From Eubacteriales bacterium (GTDB lineage Bacteria > Bacillota > Clostridia > Oscillospirales > CAG-382), in contig JAZNPH010000010.1 in the NCBI GenBank assembly GCA_045589515.1, positions 4,719 through 68,718 on the forward strand: a stretch of 64,000 nucleotides of DNA. The letters are read 5' to 3'. The position numbers and the translations under genes were made by a program. Below the pieces are notes generated by a model. It made no database searches. It was not told the origin of the DNA and was given only the letters and a program-made list of their open reading frames with translations. Shown here piece by piece: positions 29,025-37,152 of the stretch (position 1 is the stretch's first letter; every line of letters begins with the position of its first letter).

Positions 29025-30169
29025 AAAAGCAAACCGTTAGAAACGGCATCGACCGCACAGAGCTGTTGACCCCCTTGCTCCGCGGGTGGAAGGTGGGCTT
29101 GATCACCAACCCCACGGGGATGAACAAGGACTTTGTTTCCACCATCGACATCCTTCATGAAGTGGGGGTGCTGGCCTGCCTGTTTTCTCCCGAGCACGGG
29201 GTGCGGGGAGAGCATCAGGCGGGGGCGAAGGTGTCCTTCTACACCGACGAAAAAACGGGTGTCCCCGTTCACAGCACCTATGGCGGGAATCCCCATATTC
29301 CTCCCGAGATTTTACAACCCCTGGACGCTTTGGTCTACGACATCCAGGACGTGGGCGCGCGGTATTATACCTACGTGTATACCCTGTCCTACGCCATGGA
29401 GGATTGCGCCGCGGCGGGGAAGCCCTTGGTGATCTTGGACCGTATCAATCCCGTGGGTGGCAGGATGGAAGGCACCGTTCTGGAACGGCCCTTTTCCTCC
29501 TTCGTGGGGAGATACCCCATCCCCTCCCGCTACGGGCTGACGGTAGGGGAGTTTGCAAGGTATATCAACGACACCGAACACATCGGCTGTGATCTGAAGA
29601 TCGTTCCCGCAGAGGGCTGGACGAGGGACACCTTCTACGACGAAACGGATCTTCCCTGGGTGGCACCTTCTCCCAACATTCCCACGGTGGAATCCGCCTT
29701 CGCCTACCTGTGTACCTGCCTGTTTGAGGGAACCAACCTTTCCGAGGGGAGAGGCACCACCCATCCCTTTGAGTGGATCGGGGCGCCCTGGCTGGATGCT
29801 GCCGCCTTGGCGGAAACTTTCAACGCCTTGAACCTCCCCGGGGTCAAGCTGCGGGAATGTCACTTCACCCCCGCCTTTTCCAAGCACAAGGACACCCTGT
29901 GCCACGGGGTGCAGGTTCATATCACAGACCGCAGAACATTTTGCCCCTTCGAGACGGGGCTGCGGTTACTGCTTGCCATTAAGAACGCCCACGAGGAATT
30001 TGCCTTCCTGCCCCCGTGGAAGGAAGGCGCCCCCGCCTTCATCGATTTGCTTTTGGGCACGGACGTCTTGCGGCAGGGAAACTTTGACCTTGAAGCCTTC
30101 TTAAAGGAGCAGAAAAGCAAGGTCAAAGCCTTCGAAAAAGGTGTAAAACCCTACCTTTTATACCCGTAA
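29021..30169 (+). CDS. DUF1343 protein (exo-beta-N-acetylmuramidase NamZ family)
   Basis: N-terminus NGIDRTELL...KVGLITNPTG, the LFSPEHG block, and a length of 382 aa are typical of the YbbC/NamZ family. Confidence 0.8.
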   Translation: MKKQTVRNGIDRTELLTPLLRGWKVGLITNPTGMNKDFVSTIDILHEVGVLACLFSPEHGVRGEHQAGAKVSFYTDEKTGVPVHSTYGGNPHIPPEILQPLDALVYDIQDVGARYYTYVYTLSYAMEDCAAAGKPLVILDRINPVGGRMEGTVLERPFSSFVGRYPIPSRYGLTVGEFARYINDTEHIGCDLKIVPAEGWTRDTFYDETDLPWVAPSPNIPTVESAFAYLCTCLFEGTNLSEGRGTTHPFEWIGAPWLDAAALAETFNALNLPGVKLRECHFTPAFSKHKDTLCHGVQVHITDRRTFCPFETGLRLLLAIKNAHEEFAFLPPWKEGAPAFIDLLLGTDVLRQGNFDLEAFLKEQKSKVKAFEKGVKPYLLYP

Positions 30170-30175
30170 AAAATA

Positions 30176-30204
30176 TTGACAAGCGGGAAAAACCATGCTA
30201 TACT
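30176..30204 (+). promoter_or_regulatory. Sigma-A promoter for the ThuA-like gene
   Basis: TTGACA, 17 nt, TGcTATACT (hexamer 30199-30204). Confidence 0.6.
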
Positions 30205-30234
30205 GAGAAAAACCGATTGCAAAGGAGAAAATAT

Positions 30235-30996
30235 ATGAGCAAGATCCGCGTTACCATCTGGAACGAATTCCGCCACGAAAAGACCAACGACGTGGTACGC
30301 GCCCTGTATCCCCAGGGTCTCCACGCCGAGATCGGCAGAGCTCTTCTGGAATGTGATGATATTGAAGTGACCCTCGCCGCTCTGGACGATCCCGATCAGG
30401 GTCTTCCGGACGACGTTCTGGAAAATACCGACGTCCTCTTCTGGTGGGGACACATGGCCCACGGTGAAGTGTCCGACGAGCTGGTGGAAAAGATTCGTCA
30501 GCGTGTCTACAACGGCATGGGCTTGGTAGTCCTCCACTCCGGCCACTATTCCAAGGTGTTCCGCAGCGTGGTAGGCACCACGGGCAACCTGCTGTGGGGA
30601 GATAACCTCCACGAGATCATGTGGAACATCAACCCCTCCCACCCCATCGCCGCAGGCATCCCCTCCCACTTCCACATCGACTGCGAGGAGGTCTACGCAG
30701 AGCCCTTCCAGATCCCCGATCCCGATGAGATCGTGTTCATGTCCTGGTATGAGACGGGCTACGTGTTCCGCTCCGGCTGTGTGTGGAAGCGGGGTGCAGG
30801 TAAGGTGTTCTACTTCCAGCCCGGCCACGAGACCGTGCCCACCTACCACAACCCCTACGTCCGCCGTATCCTGCAGAACGCGGCCCACTACTGTAAGCCC
30901 GCCGAAACCGGTTATAAGTGGCTCTACGCAGGGAACTCCCCCTACATCAAGAGCTATATGGCCCCCGAAGGCGAGATCGAAGAGCTTCAGAAATAA
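30235..30996 (+). CDS. ThuA-domain (trehalose-utilisation-like) protein
   Basis: ATG 30235 follows AAAGGAG. MSKIRVTIWNEFRHEK...VLFWWGH...VVLHSGH are typical ThuA features. Confidence 0.8.
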   Translation: MSKIRVTIWNEFRHEKTNDVVRALYPQGLHAEIGRALLECDDIEVTLAALDDPDQGLPDDVLENTDVLFWWGHMAHGEVSDELVEKIRQRVYNGMGLVVLHSGHYSKVFRSVVGTTGNLLWGDNLHEIMWNINPSHPIAAGIPSHFHIDCEEVYAEPFQIPDPDEIVFMSWYETGYVFRSGCVWKRGAGKVFYFQPGHETVPTYHNPYVRRILQNAAHYCKPAETGYKWLYAGNSPYIKSYMAPEGEIEELQK

Positions 30997-31036
30997 AAAT
31001 GATCCCCTTTGCACCACCGTGCAAAGGGGATCTTTT
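30995..31036. terminator. Bidirectional intrinsic terminator between convergent genes
   Basis: 14-bp stem GATCCCCTTTGCAC-CACC-GTGCAAAGGGGATC, flanked by an A-run upstream and T4 downstream. Confidence 0.75.
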
Positions 31037-31129
31037 CAAACTGCGGGGTTCTTAGGGGGATCATCCTCCTAAGCTGGGGATAAGCCGTCTTTGACGGCAA
31101 GGGGCGGCGCCCCATGCACGTACCTCAAC

Positions 31130-34100
31130 TCAAAAACTAAACAATGCGCTTACCTGAACAGACTGATCCTTGGTGCCGTCGGAGGCCGCCCAGGAGCTGT
31201 CCGCACCGTCGATGTACTGGATCTTCACACCGATCACCGCGCCGGAGCCCGCCTCGGGAGCTTCCACGTTCAAGGAAGTCCAGGGCATTTTGATCACCAA
31301 CACCCCGTCTTTTTCTTCAAAGGTAAACCCGGAGAAGGTGGTCAATGCACCTGCCTCACCGCCGGGGGCCCATGTGGTGGCGGATTTTCTGTGCAGGTAG
31401 TACCGAATGCCGGTGTCCAGCTCCAACACGCCGTTGGCCGTGGAACCGTCCGCGGTCATCCAGATCTGTACCAGGTCGTCCTTGCCTTCCCACCAAACGC
31501 CCTTGCCAAAGCTCTGGGTGGCGTCTCCCGTCTTTAACAGTACGTAGAAGGCATCGCTATCCCAATACAGCGCATACTGAGGCTTCACACCGCTGTTGTT
31601 CCCAAGCTTGAAGTCCTGCCAAGCGGTCACCTCCACGGGATTCGGCGTGCCGTTTTGCAAAACGCCCTCGTTGTACTTCTTCTCGGAGATCACGGGCTTG
31701 TTTACGGGAAGTCTGCCGGAGGTGTCCACCTCCTTGCCGTCGTCGGTAATGACTGCGGGCTGCTTTGCCTCCAAGCCCATGGCGTCAAGTGCCTTCCAGG
31801 AGTCGTAATACTTCACGTAGTCCCGCATGATGGCAACCTTGTAGCAGTTCTTATAATCGTTGTAAGCACCCATGGAATAGGTGGAGAAGTAATGGGGGAT
31901 ATCGAACACGATCACCGTGCCGGAGGTCTTCATCTCAATATTCAGAGACTTCACCACCTCGTCAGCCCGCTTGGAGGAGCTGATGATCTCAAATACCTCC
32001 GCATCGTGCCAGAACTCCGCTCCCGCACGGCGTACCGCCTTGGCCCATTCCTCCACGTAGGATTCGTAAGCTGCGTAAGCCTGGTTGGTGACGTAAAGGG
32101 TCTGCTCTCTGCCAAGGCAGTCCTGAGCGGCAACAATGTCCACCACAGGCTTGTCACCTTCTTTTTCGGGGGCAAGCATTTTGTAAAGATTGTCCGCACC
32201 CTGCTCCGGCTTGCCGCTTCTCCAGATGGCGGGGGCGATCATGATCTTGGCTTCGGGAGCGATCTCACGGATGTAGTCCGATTGGTTCTTGTAAACGTAC
32301 CGTGCCGCATCCACACCGCCCTTCAGGTTCAGCCAAGCATCGCAGGTCTCATCGGAAAGATAATAGCCTGCAAAGGCGGGATGATCCCCGTACAGCGTGC
32401 GGATATCCTTGATGATGGCAAAGGCGGCATCCACCATGCCTTCGTAGCTTTCCATGTTGGTAATGGGGTTGGTAAAGTCTGCGTCGTGCATGGTGCCCAG
32501 ATATACCTGCATGCCCAGCTTTTCTGCGGCATCCAGAACCGCGCCGCAAACGTCCTCACAGCCGTAGGTGGCGGTGTAGCGGAAGCCCTTTCCCTTGATG
32601 TTCTTGCCGTTGATCATGGTGCTTCTTGCGTTGTAATGGGCGCTGTACTGGAGCACTACGTACTCCATGCCCAGGTCCCGCATCCCCTTCAACTGCAAAT
32701 ACCAGCTGTACTCGCTGTTCTGGGAGGCAGGGTTGTTGCCGCCCGCGGTGGGAAGCTGGAAGAATCCGCCCCGCACCAGAGGAAGCTGGGGCTGTCCGCA
32801 GTAGACCATTACCTCGCTCAACTGAGCGGCTTCTCCGCAGTGGAAGGTCACCGTTAGCTTTTCCCCGGCCACGGCTTGGTCAAAGAACAGATAGCTGACG
32901 ATAGAGTCTGCCACCCCGTTTTCGTATACCGAGAAGGAAACCTCCTTGCCGTCTGCGGTGACGGTCATATCATAGGGATTTTCCATATAGGTATTCAGTG
33001 CCAATGCGCAGAGATCCTCGTAGGCCTGTCCCAGCTCCAATTCAACGGTGTTCTCTCCCGCAATGCCCGTCACGCGGTTGACAAAGGACATATCGGTAAG
33101 CTGTGCTTCTTCCTTCCCGTTGAAGGAAACCTTCTTGTAAGAGGCCACGTTGGCGTTGCTGAGCTGATTTTTTCTGCGGATAAAGTCGTAATCCGGTTCT
33201 GCCACGGCCTCTTCACAGCCGTAAACGGACACGGCATCAGCCGAGATGGCGTTGGGAATGTAGGTGTAAAGCTCCAGATAGCGGGCTTCCACCGTGTGAT
33301 TGCGGGTGACCAAATAGCAGTTCTTCCCTGTAAGATAGCTCTGCCCGAAATCCTCCCAGGTTTCTCCGTCTGCAGAATACCGTACGGTGAGGCGGGGGAT
33401 GTTGTTCACGCCCTGCAGCTTTACCTCGGAGATGTTTTTCGCCTCTCCCAGATCCACCTTGACCACTCTGCCGTCCTTGCCGGTGATCTCGTCCTTTTTG
33501 GAGATCACTTCGGATTCGGCGGAGAAGGGTATCTTTTTATGTACGGCTTCTCCCTCCACAATGATTTCGGAGAGGAGCACCGTTTCGGAAGCGGCAGCGG
33601 GGATCACCAGCAGGATCGCCTTGGCTTCCACCTCTGTTTGAGGATTGAAGGTGGGGACGCCGTTGACCACGGTATCCAGATCTCCCAAATACGTGGTGAA
33701 ATTATATCCGTCATCGGAGGCGTATACCTCCGTGCCAAAAAGGGTTGCGTCTTTTGCGATCAGTTGGATCTCTCTGATGCGGGTCATAAAGCCCAGATCC
33801 ACCGTCAGGGTGAAGTAGTCTTTCTTCATCTCCACGGTGTGGGACTTGCTGTACCAATCATTGAAGGTGAGAGACAAAGTGTCCTTCCCGTCTCCCCCAA
33901 GATCGGTGCTGACAGACACGAAGGTGTCCGTCTTCCCGTCTGTGAGGGCGGAAAGATCCTCGTCCCCCGTCACCACGGCGCTGAAGCCGTAGGTGTAAAA
34001 TGCATCCAATGCCAAATGTTCCTTACGTTCCACTTCGTCTCCGCCTTCCTCCGTACTGCTTTCCTCCGGGGAGCTTGACTCCCATTGGCTCACTACCCCC

Positions 34101-34183
34101 GGCAGATCCTCTCCGCAGGCGGACAGCAAGCAAGTAATGCATAGCACAAAAGAAAGCAACGCAAGCAGCTTCTTTTTTCTCAT
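31130..34183 (-). CDS. Large (1017-aa) multidomain surface lipoprotein, putative glycan-binding or glycan-hydrolysing
   Basis: ATG 34183 (MRKKKLLALLSFVLCITCLLSAC lipobox) with a GGAAAGG RBS. The N-terminal ~450 aa resemble discoidin/CBM-like repeats. The middle resembles a DUF4434-like TIM-barrel region (YVVLQYSAHY...AGYYLSDE). The C-terminal ~180 aa are CBM9-like. Domain names are from memory and unverified. Confidence 0.65.
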   Translation of the reverse strand: MRKKKLLALLSFVLCITCLLSACGEDLPGVVSQWESSSPEESSTEEGGDEVERKEHLALDAFYTYGFSAVVTGDEDLSALTDGKTDTFVSVSTDLGGDGKDTLSLTFNDWYSKSHTVEMKKDYFTLTVDLGFMTRIREIQLIAKDATLFGTEVYASDDGYNFTTYLGDLDTVVNGVPTFNPQTEVEAKAILLVIPAAASETVLLSEIIVEGEAVHKKIPFSAESEVISKKDEITGKDGRVVKVDLGEAKNISEVKLQGVNNIPRLTVRYSADGETWEDFGQSYLTGKNCYLVTRNHTVEARYLELYTYIPNAISADAVSVYGCEEAVAEPDYDFIRRKNQLSNANVASYKKVSFNGKEEAQLTDMSFVNRVTGIAGENTVELELGQAYEDLCALALNTYMENPYDMTVTADGKEVSFSVYENGVADSIVSYLFFDQAVAGEKLTVTFHCGEAAQLSEVMVYCGQPQLPLVRGGFFQLPTAGGNNPASQNSEYSWYLQLKGMRDLGMEYVVLQYSAHYNARSTMINGKNIKGKGFRYTATYGCEDVCGAVLDAAEKLGMQVYLGTMHDADFTNPITNMESYEGMVDAAFAIIKDIRTLYGDHPAFAGYYLSDETCDAWLNLKGGVDAARYVYKNQSDYIREIAPEAKIMIAPAIWRSGKPEQGADNLYKMLAPEKEGDKPVVDIVAAQDCLGREQTLYVTNQAYAAYESYVEEWAKAVRRAGAEFWHDAEVFEIISSSKRADEVVKSLNIEMKTSGTVIVFDIPHYFSTYSMGAYNDYKNCYKVAIMRDYVKYYDSWKALDAMGLEAKQPAVITDDGKEVDTSGRLPVNKPVISEKKYNEGVLQNGTPNPVEVTAWQDFKLGNNSGVKPQYALYWDSDAFYVLLKTGDATQSFGKGVWWEGKDDLVQIWMTADGSTANGVLELDTGIRYYLHRKSATTWAPGGEAGALTTFSGFTFEEKDGVLVIKMPWTSLNVEAPEAGSGAVIGVKIQYIDGADSSWAASDGTKDQSVQVSALFSF

Positions 34184-34210
34184 ACTATTGACCCTTTCCG
34201 TTTTTCTTTC

Positions 34211-34240
34211 ATTGTAACATATTGCAAGGCCTTTTTGCAA
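34211..34240 (-). promoter_or_regulatory. Sigma-A promoter for the large lipoprotein gene
   Basis: On the minus strand: TTGCAA (34235-34240), 18 nt, TGtTACAAT (hexamer 34211-34216). Confidence 0.5.
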
Positions 34241-34251
34241 TTGCTTTTTTG

Positions 34252-34288
34252 CAAAAAAGAAGGGATGCTTTTTTGTAAAAACATCCCA
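34252..34288 (-). terminator. Intrinsic terminator of the upstream minus-strand lipoprotein gene
   Basis: On the minus strand: GGGATGTTTTT..AAAAAAGCATCCC followed by TTCTTTTTT. Confidence 0.6.
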
Positions 34289-34307
34289 ATCTTTCGTTCA
34301 TTGCTTT

Positions 34308-35486
34308 TTATTTGTTCACTTCTGCGCCGCCCCACTCTACCACGGCAAAGCCCACGCGGTGGAATTCTTCAAATTCCTGGGGTGCCATCTCCACGTAGCT
34401 GTCACAGCCGTAGAAGGCCATGAACACTCTGAGCATGGAGTCGGGGGTGGGGGAGACCTCCAAGGGAGCCGTCTCGGTGTAGGCATCCTGCTGGAAGGAG
34501 ATCACGTTGTAGGGGTTCGCTTCCAGACGGGGCAGCCAGTAAATGATAAACTCGTTGGCCTCTCTTGCCGTCAGCCCCAGCAGGGGAAGCATCTGCTCTA
34601 AGAACGCCCCGCTGTCCTCTCCCTTCACGCAAAAACCGCGGGAGAAATCGTAGTCGGCCATGCCTCTGCCTTCCCAATACAGGCAGTAGTATTCTCTGCC
34701 GTCCTTGCGGATGGTGCCGTCGGGAGACACGGTGAGGTCTTCCCAACCCTTGCCGTCTTGATAGTGGGGATAGGTGCAGGTCAGGTCGCCCTTGTAGTCC
34801 AGCTTCACGGAGATCACCGTCTCCTCCTCGGGGTAGAGGTAGATCACAGGCTTTTCAGGAACCACGAGACCGAAAATATCCTCAAGTTCCTCTTCTTCCA
34901 AAATCCGCAGTTCCTTCACCGTCTCGGCGGGGAAGACAGAGAACCGATTATTCGCATCGATAAACAGGAAGTAATCATGGTTCTTTAACTCCACGTAATC
35001 TCCACGGGAGATTCCTTCATAGCTGCCGAACACAAATACGTTGGCTGTGTGAGATTCGGGGAATGTGCCGTAAAAGCCTTCCTCGGTGATCTCGGTCACT
35101 AACAAATATTCCCTGTACGGGCGGGAGTGCTCATACCTTTCTGCCGTCCCATCGGTAAACAGGGAGAGGGCAGGGAAGTTGGGATGTACAACCACAGGAG
35201 TTCTGTCATATGGGTTGTAGGGATTTCTGTGGTAAAGCTCCCCGTCTGGTAAAGAAGAGCTATCCTCGGAAACCTCGTCGGATTCATCGGGTAAAGCAGA
35301 GCTTTCCCCGGACACCTCATAGGGTCCATCGGGCAGCTTGGATTCCTCCTTGGACTCCTCCCCCGACACCTCCAAAATAAAGGATACCTCCATGGAGCTG
35401 CTTTCCGAGGGCTCCTCCCCGGTGCACCCCGCCAAAGCGCAGAGCAAGCATAATAACAACGTGAAGACCGAAAGCTTTTTGAACAT
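34308..35486 (-). CDS. Lipoprotein of unknown function
   Basis: Lipobox LCALAGC. Low-complexity S/E-rich linker with repeated LPDG. Structured C-terminal ~200 aa (PVIYLYPEEE...YWEGRG...VVEWGGAEV). AGGAGG RBS. Confidence 0.6.
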   Translation of the reverse strand: MFKKLSVFTLLLCLLCALAGCTGEEPSESSSMEVSFILEVSGEESKEESKLPDGPYEVSGESSALPDESDEVSEDSSSLPDGELYHRNPYNPYDRTPVVVHPNFPALSLFTDGTAERYEHSRPYREYLLVTEITEEGFYGTFPESHTANVFVFGSYEGISRGDYVELKNHDYFLFIDANNRFSVFPAETVKELRILEEEELEDIFGLVVPEKPVIYLYPEEETVISVKLDYKGDLTCTYPHYQDGKGWEDLTVSPDGTIRKDGREYYCLYWEGRGMADYDFSRGFCVKGEDSGAFLEQMLPLLGLTAREANEFIIYWLPRLEANPYNVISFQQDAYTETAPLEVSPTPDSMLRVFMAFYGCDSYVEMAPQEFEEFHRVGFAVVEWGGAEVNK

Positions 35487-35681
35487 ACAAGTACCTCCTG
35501 TTTTTCTTCTTCACCCATTATACAACCGAAAAAGAAAAAATCCTACGGTTTTTTGAAAGTTTTTGGAAAAAAGGTTTTGAGCCTCATCCCAAAAAGTCAA
35601 GTCGGCACATTTCTTTTGGCTTATGCGAAGTTTTTCTATGCCGAACTGCATCGCGTGACCAAGTCAGCTGTTCCCCCACAC

Positions 35682-35712
35682 GAAAAAGAAAGGCCCGCCG
35701 TGCAGGCGAGCC
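35682..35712 (-). terminator. Intrinsic terminator after the orphan secreted-protein gene
   Basis: On the minus strand: GGCTCGCC-TGCACG-GGCGGGCC followed by TTTCTTTTTC. Confidence 0.7.
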
Positions 35713-35736
35713 AATCTTTCTAAACAAGAAAGGAAC

Positions 35737-37008
35737 TTATTCCGCGGGGATCATGGGAGCTACGTAGCTTTCCAGCATATCCAGCAAGGGCTTGCCGAAG
35801 GGAACGTGGTAATCCATGAAATTCCAGATATCGCCGTTCCATGCCTGACCGTAGATCTCGTTGGTATAGCCGTAGGGATATGCGATGCACTCGTCCCACT
35901 GATGGGAGACCACTTCGTTTTCCAAGGTTCTCAGCATGTGGACCACCACACGGTATTCGCTTCTGTAATCGTAGTCGGAAGCGGAACCGTAGGTATAGTA
36001 CTCATCGCAAGCCTTCTTCATGCAGGATTTGAAGGTGTTGTAGATGTTTTCTGCGGTGTCCTGATCGGTGATCACAAGGCTGTCAACCAGCTCTCTGGTA
36101 GATTCCCTGTAAACTTCGATTTTCACCACACGTGAGCCGTCTACGTATTCGGTGGAAACGAAATCCTTGTCGAACGCTTCGTCGTAGAACAGCACGGTTT
36201 CGATCTGACAACCACCGTAGCCCGAACGGCAGATCTGCTCGTCGTGGGTGTACAGAGAAATGCTGAAATCGTAGGAATTCAGACGGAGATAATCGTAGGA
36301 TTCCGTAACCCAGCCGTTTTCGGTGTAATCGGTGATGTGTCCGTTGCCGTAAACGCCCTGCAGCATACGGTCGCTGTCCGTAGGATCCATATCTGCAAAG
36401 CAGTAGACGGTTTCGGGAAGCCACTGGTCGGGAGCAACGGGATTGCTTCTGCCGTTATCGCACATAGCGTCGTGACGAGCGGCAAGACGCGCCAGAATGA
36501 TCTCAAATACGTCCTTTTCGGGGTTGGGTGCAGTCCAGAGATCCTGCTTCACGTACTCGTCGGAGGTATAATACCGATAGCCATTATAGGTCTTCACGGT
36601 ATACTCGCCGTTCTTCAAAACGCCTACCTCTAAGGTGTGGCAATCGTAGAACATCCGCACAGTCTCCTCCACGATGGCGGTCATCTCCTCCAGAGAGAGG
36701 GTGAGCCATTCGCCGCCGTCACGGCGCTCCTGCAGGAGGGTCAGCTCCTCCGGGGTAAGGAAGGATGCGGTGATCTTGCCGTTTTCCTCGCGGATGGCAG
36801 GGCTGTTCTCCAAGGGGGTGTTCTCCCCGGGCAGGGTAACACCCTCGCCTTCCGTCTCCACCATTTCGATTTCGGGGAGTGCGGAAGCCTCGGGCAGGGG
36901 AGTCTCTCCCTCCGTTGCCCCTGCCAGAAGCGCCAGACTGCCGGTCAACAGCAGAGCAGACGAGACGACCAATGTCAGGGTGATCCAAAGAATTTTTTTT
37001 GCTTTCAT
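35737..37008 (-). CDS. Signal-anchored secreted protein of unknown function (423 aa)
   Basis: ATG 37008 (MKAKKILWITLTLVVSSALLL) with a GAAAGGAGAA RBS. The longer ORF-track start at 37326 would overlap the kinase gene. No recognisable domain; Cys/Tyr/Asp-rich mature part. Confidence 0.6.
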   Translation of the reverse strand: MKAKKILWITLTLVVSSALLLTGSLALLAGATEGETPLPEASALPEIEMVETEGEGVTLPGENTPLENSPAIREENGKITASFLTPEELTLLQERRDGGEWLTLSLEEMTAIVEETVRMFYDCHTLEVGVLKNGEYTVKTYNGYRYYTSDEYVKQDLWTAPNPEKDVFEIILARLAARHDAMCDNGRSNPVAPDQWLPETVYCFADMDPTDSDRMLQGVYGNGHITDYTENGWVTESYDYLRLNSYDFSISLYTHDEQICRSGYGGCQIETVLFYDEAFDKDFVSTEYVDGSRVVKIEVYRESTRELVDSLVITDQDTAENIYNTFKSCMKKACDEYYTYGSASDYDYRSEYRVVVHMLRTLENEVVSHQWDECIAYPYGYTNEIYGQAWNGDIWNFMDYHVPFGKPLLDMLESYVAPMIPAE

Positions 37009-37093
37009 GAGTGTTTTTTCTCCTTTCTGAAATAGTAGGTAGGGAAATGACCCATCCCACGTGGGGGTGGGCTTTTCCCATCCTCCGAAAAGA

Positions 37094-37152
37094 AGTATAA
37101 AAGAGAAATGTTCTGGATTTGTTCTGAAATTGTTATGGATTTGTAAGGTTTT
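37094..37152 (-). promoter_or_regulatory. Putative response-regulator-dependent promoter: three to four 11-bp phased direct repeats 9 nt upstream of a -10 hexamer
   Basis: The + strand reads TGTTCTGGATT|TGTTCTGAAAT|TGTTATGGATT|TGTAAGGTTTT (37109-37152). AGTATA (37094-37099) equals TATACT on the coding strand. There is no -35 hexamer. The boxes overlap the kinase stop codon. Confidence 0.5.

Noticed and set aside
31655-34078. Two 400-aa + strand ORFs (31655-32857 and 32876-34078) inside the large lipoprotein gene; similar long antisense ORFs lie at 10344-12242, 23001-24590 and 54290-56155
   Set aside because: They are antisense shadows of polC, addA, the PBP gene and the lipoprotein gene. Their composition is repetitive and there are no start signals.
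35559-35580. Third response-regulator box upstream of the 34308-35486 lipoprotein gene (AGTTTTTGGAAA)
   Set aside because: Only a single 9/11 match is present, with no tandem partner in phase. It lies ~36 nt from the TGTATAAT -10 rather than 9 nt, so it does not share the architecture seen at 37094-37152 and 39211-39247.
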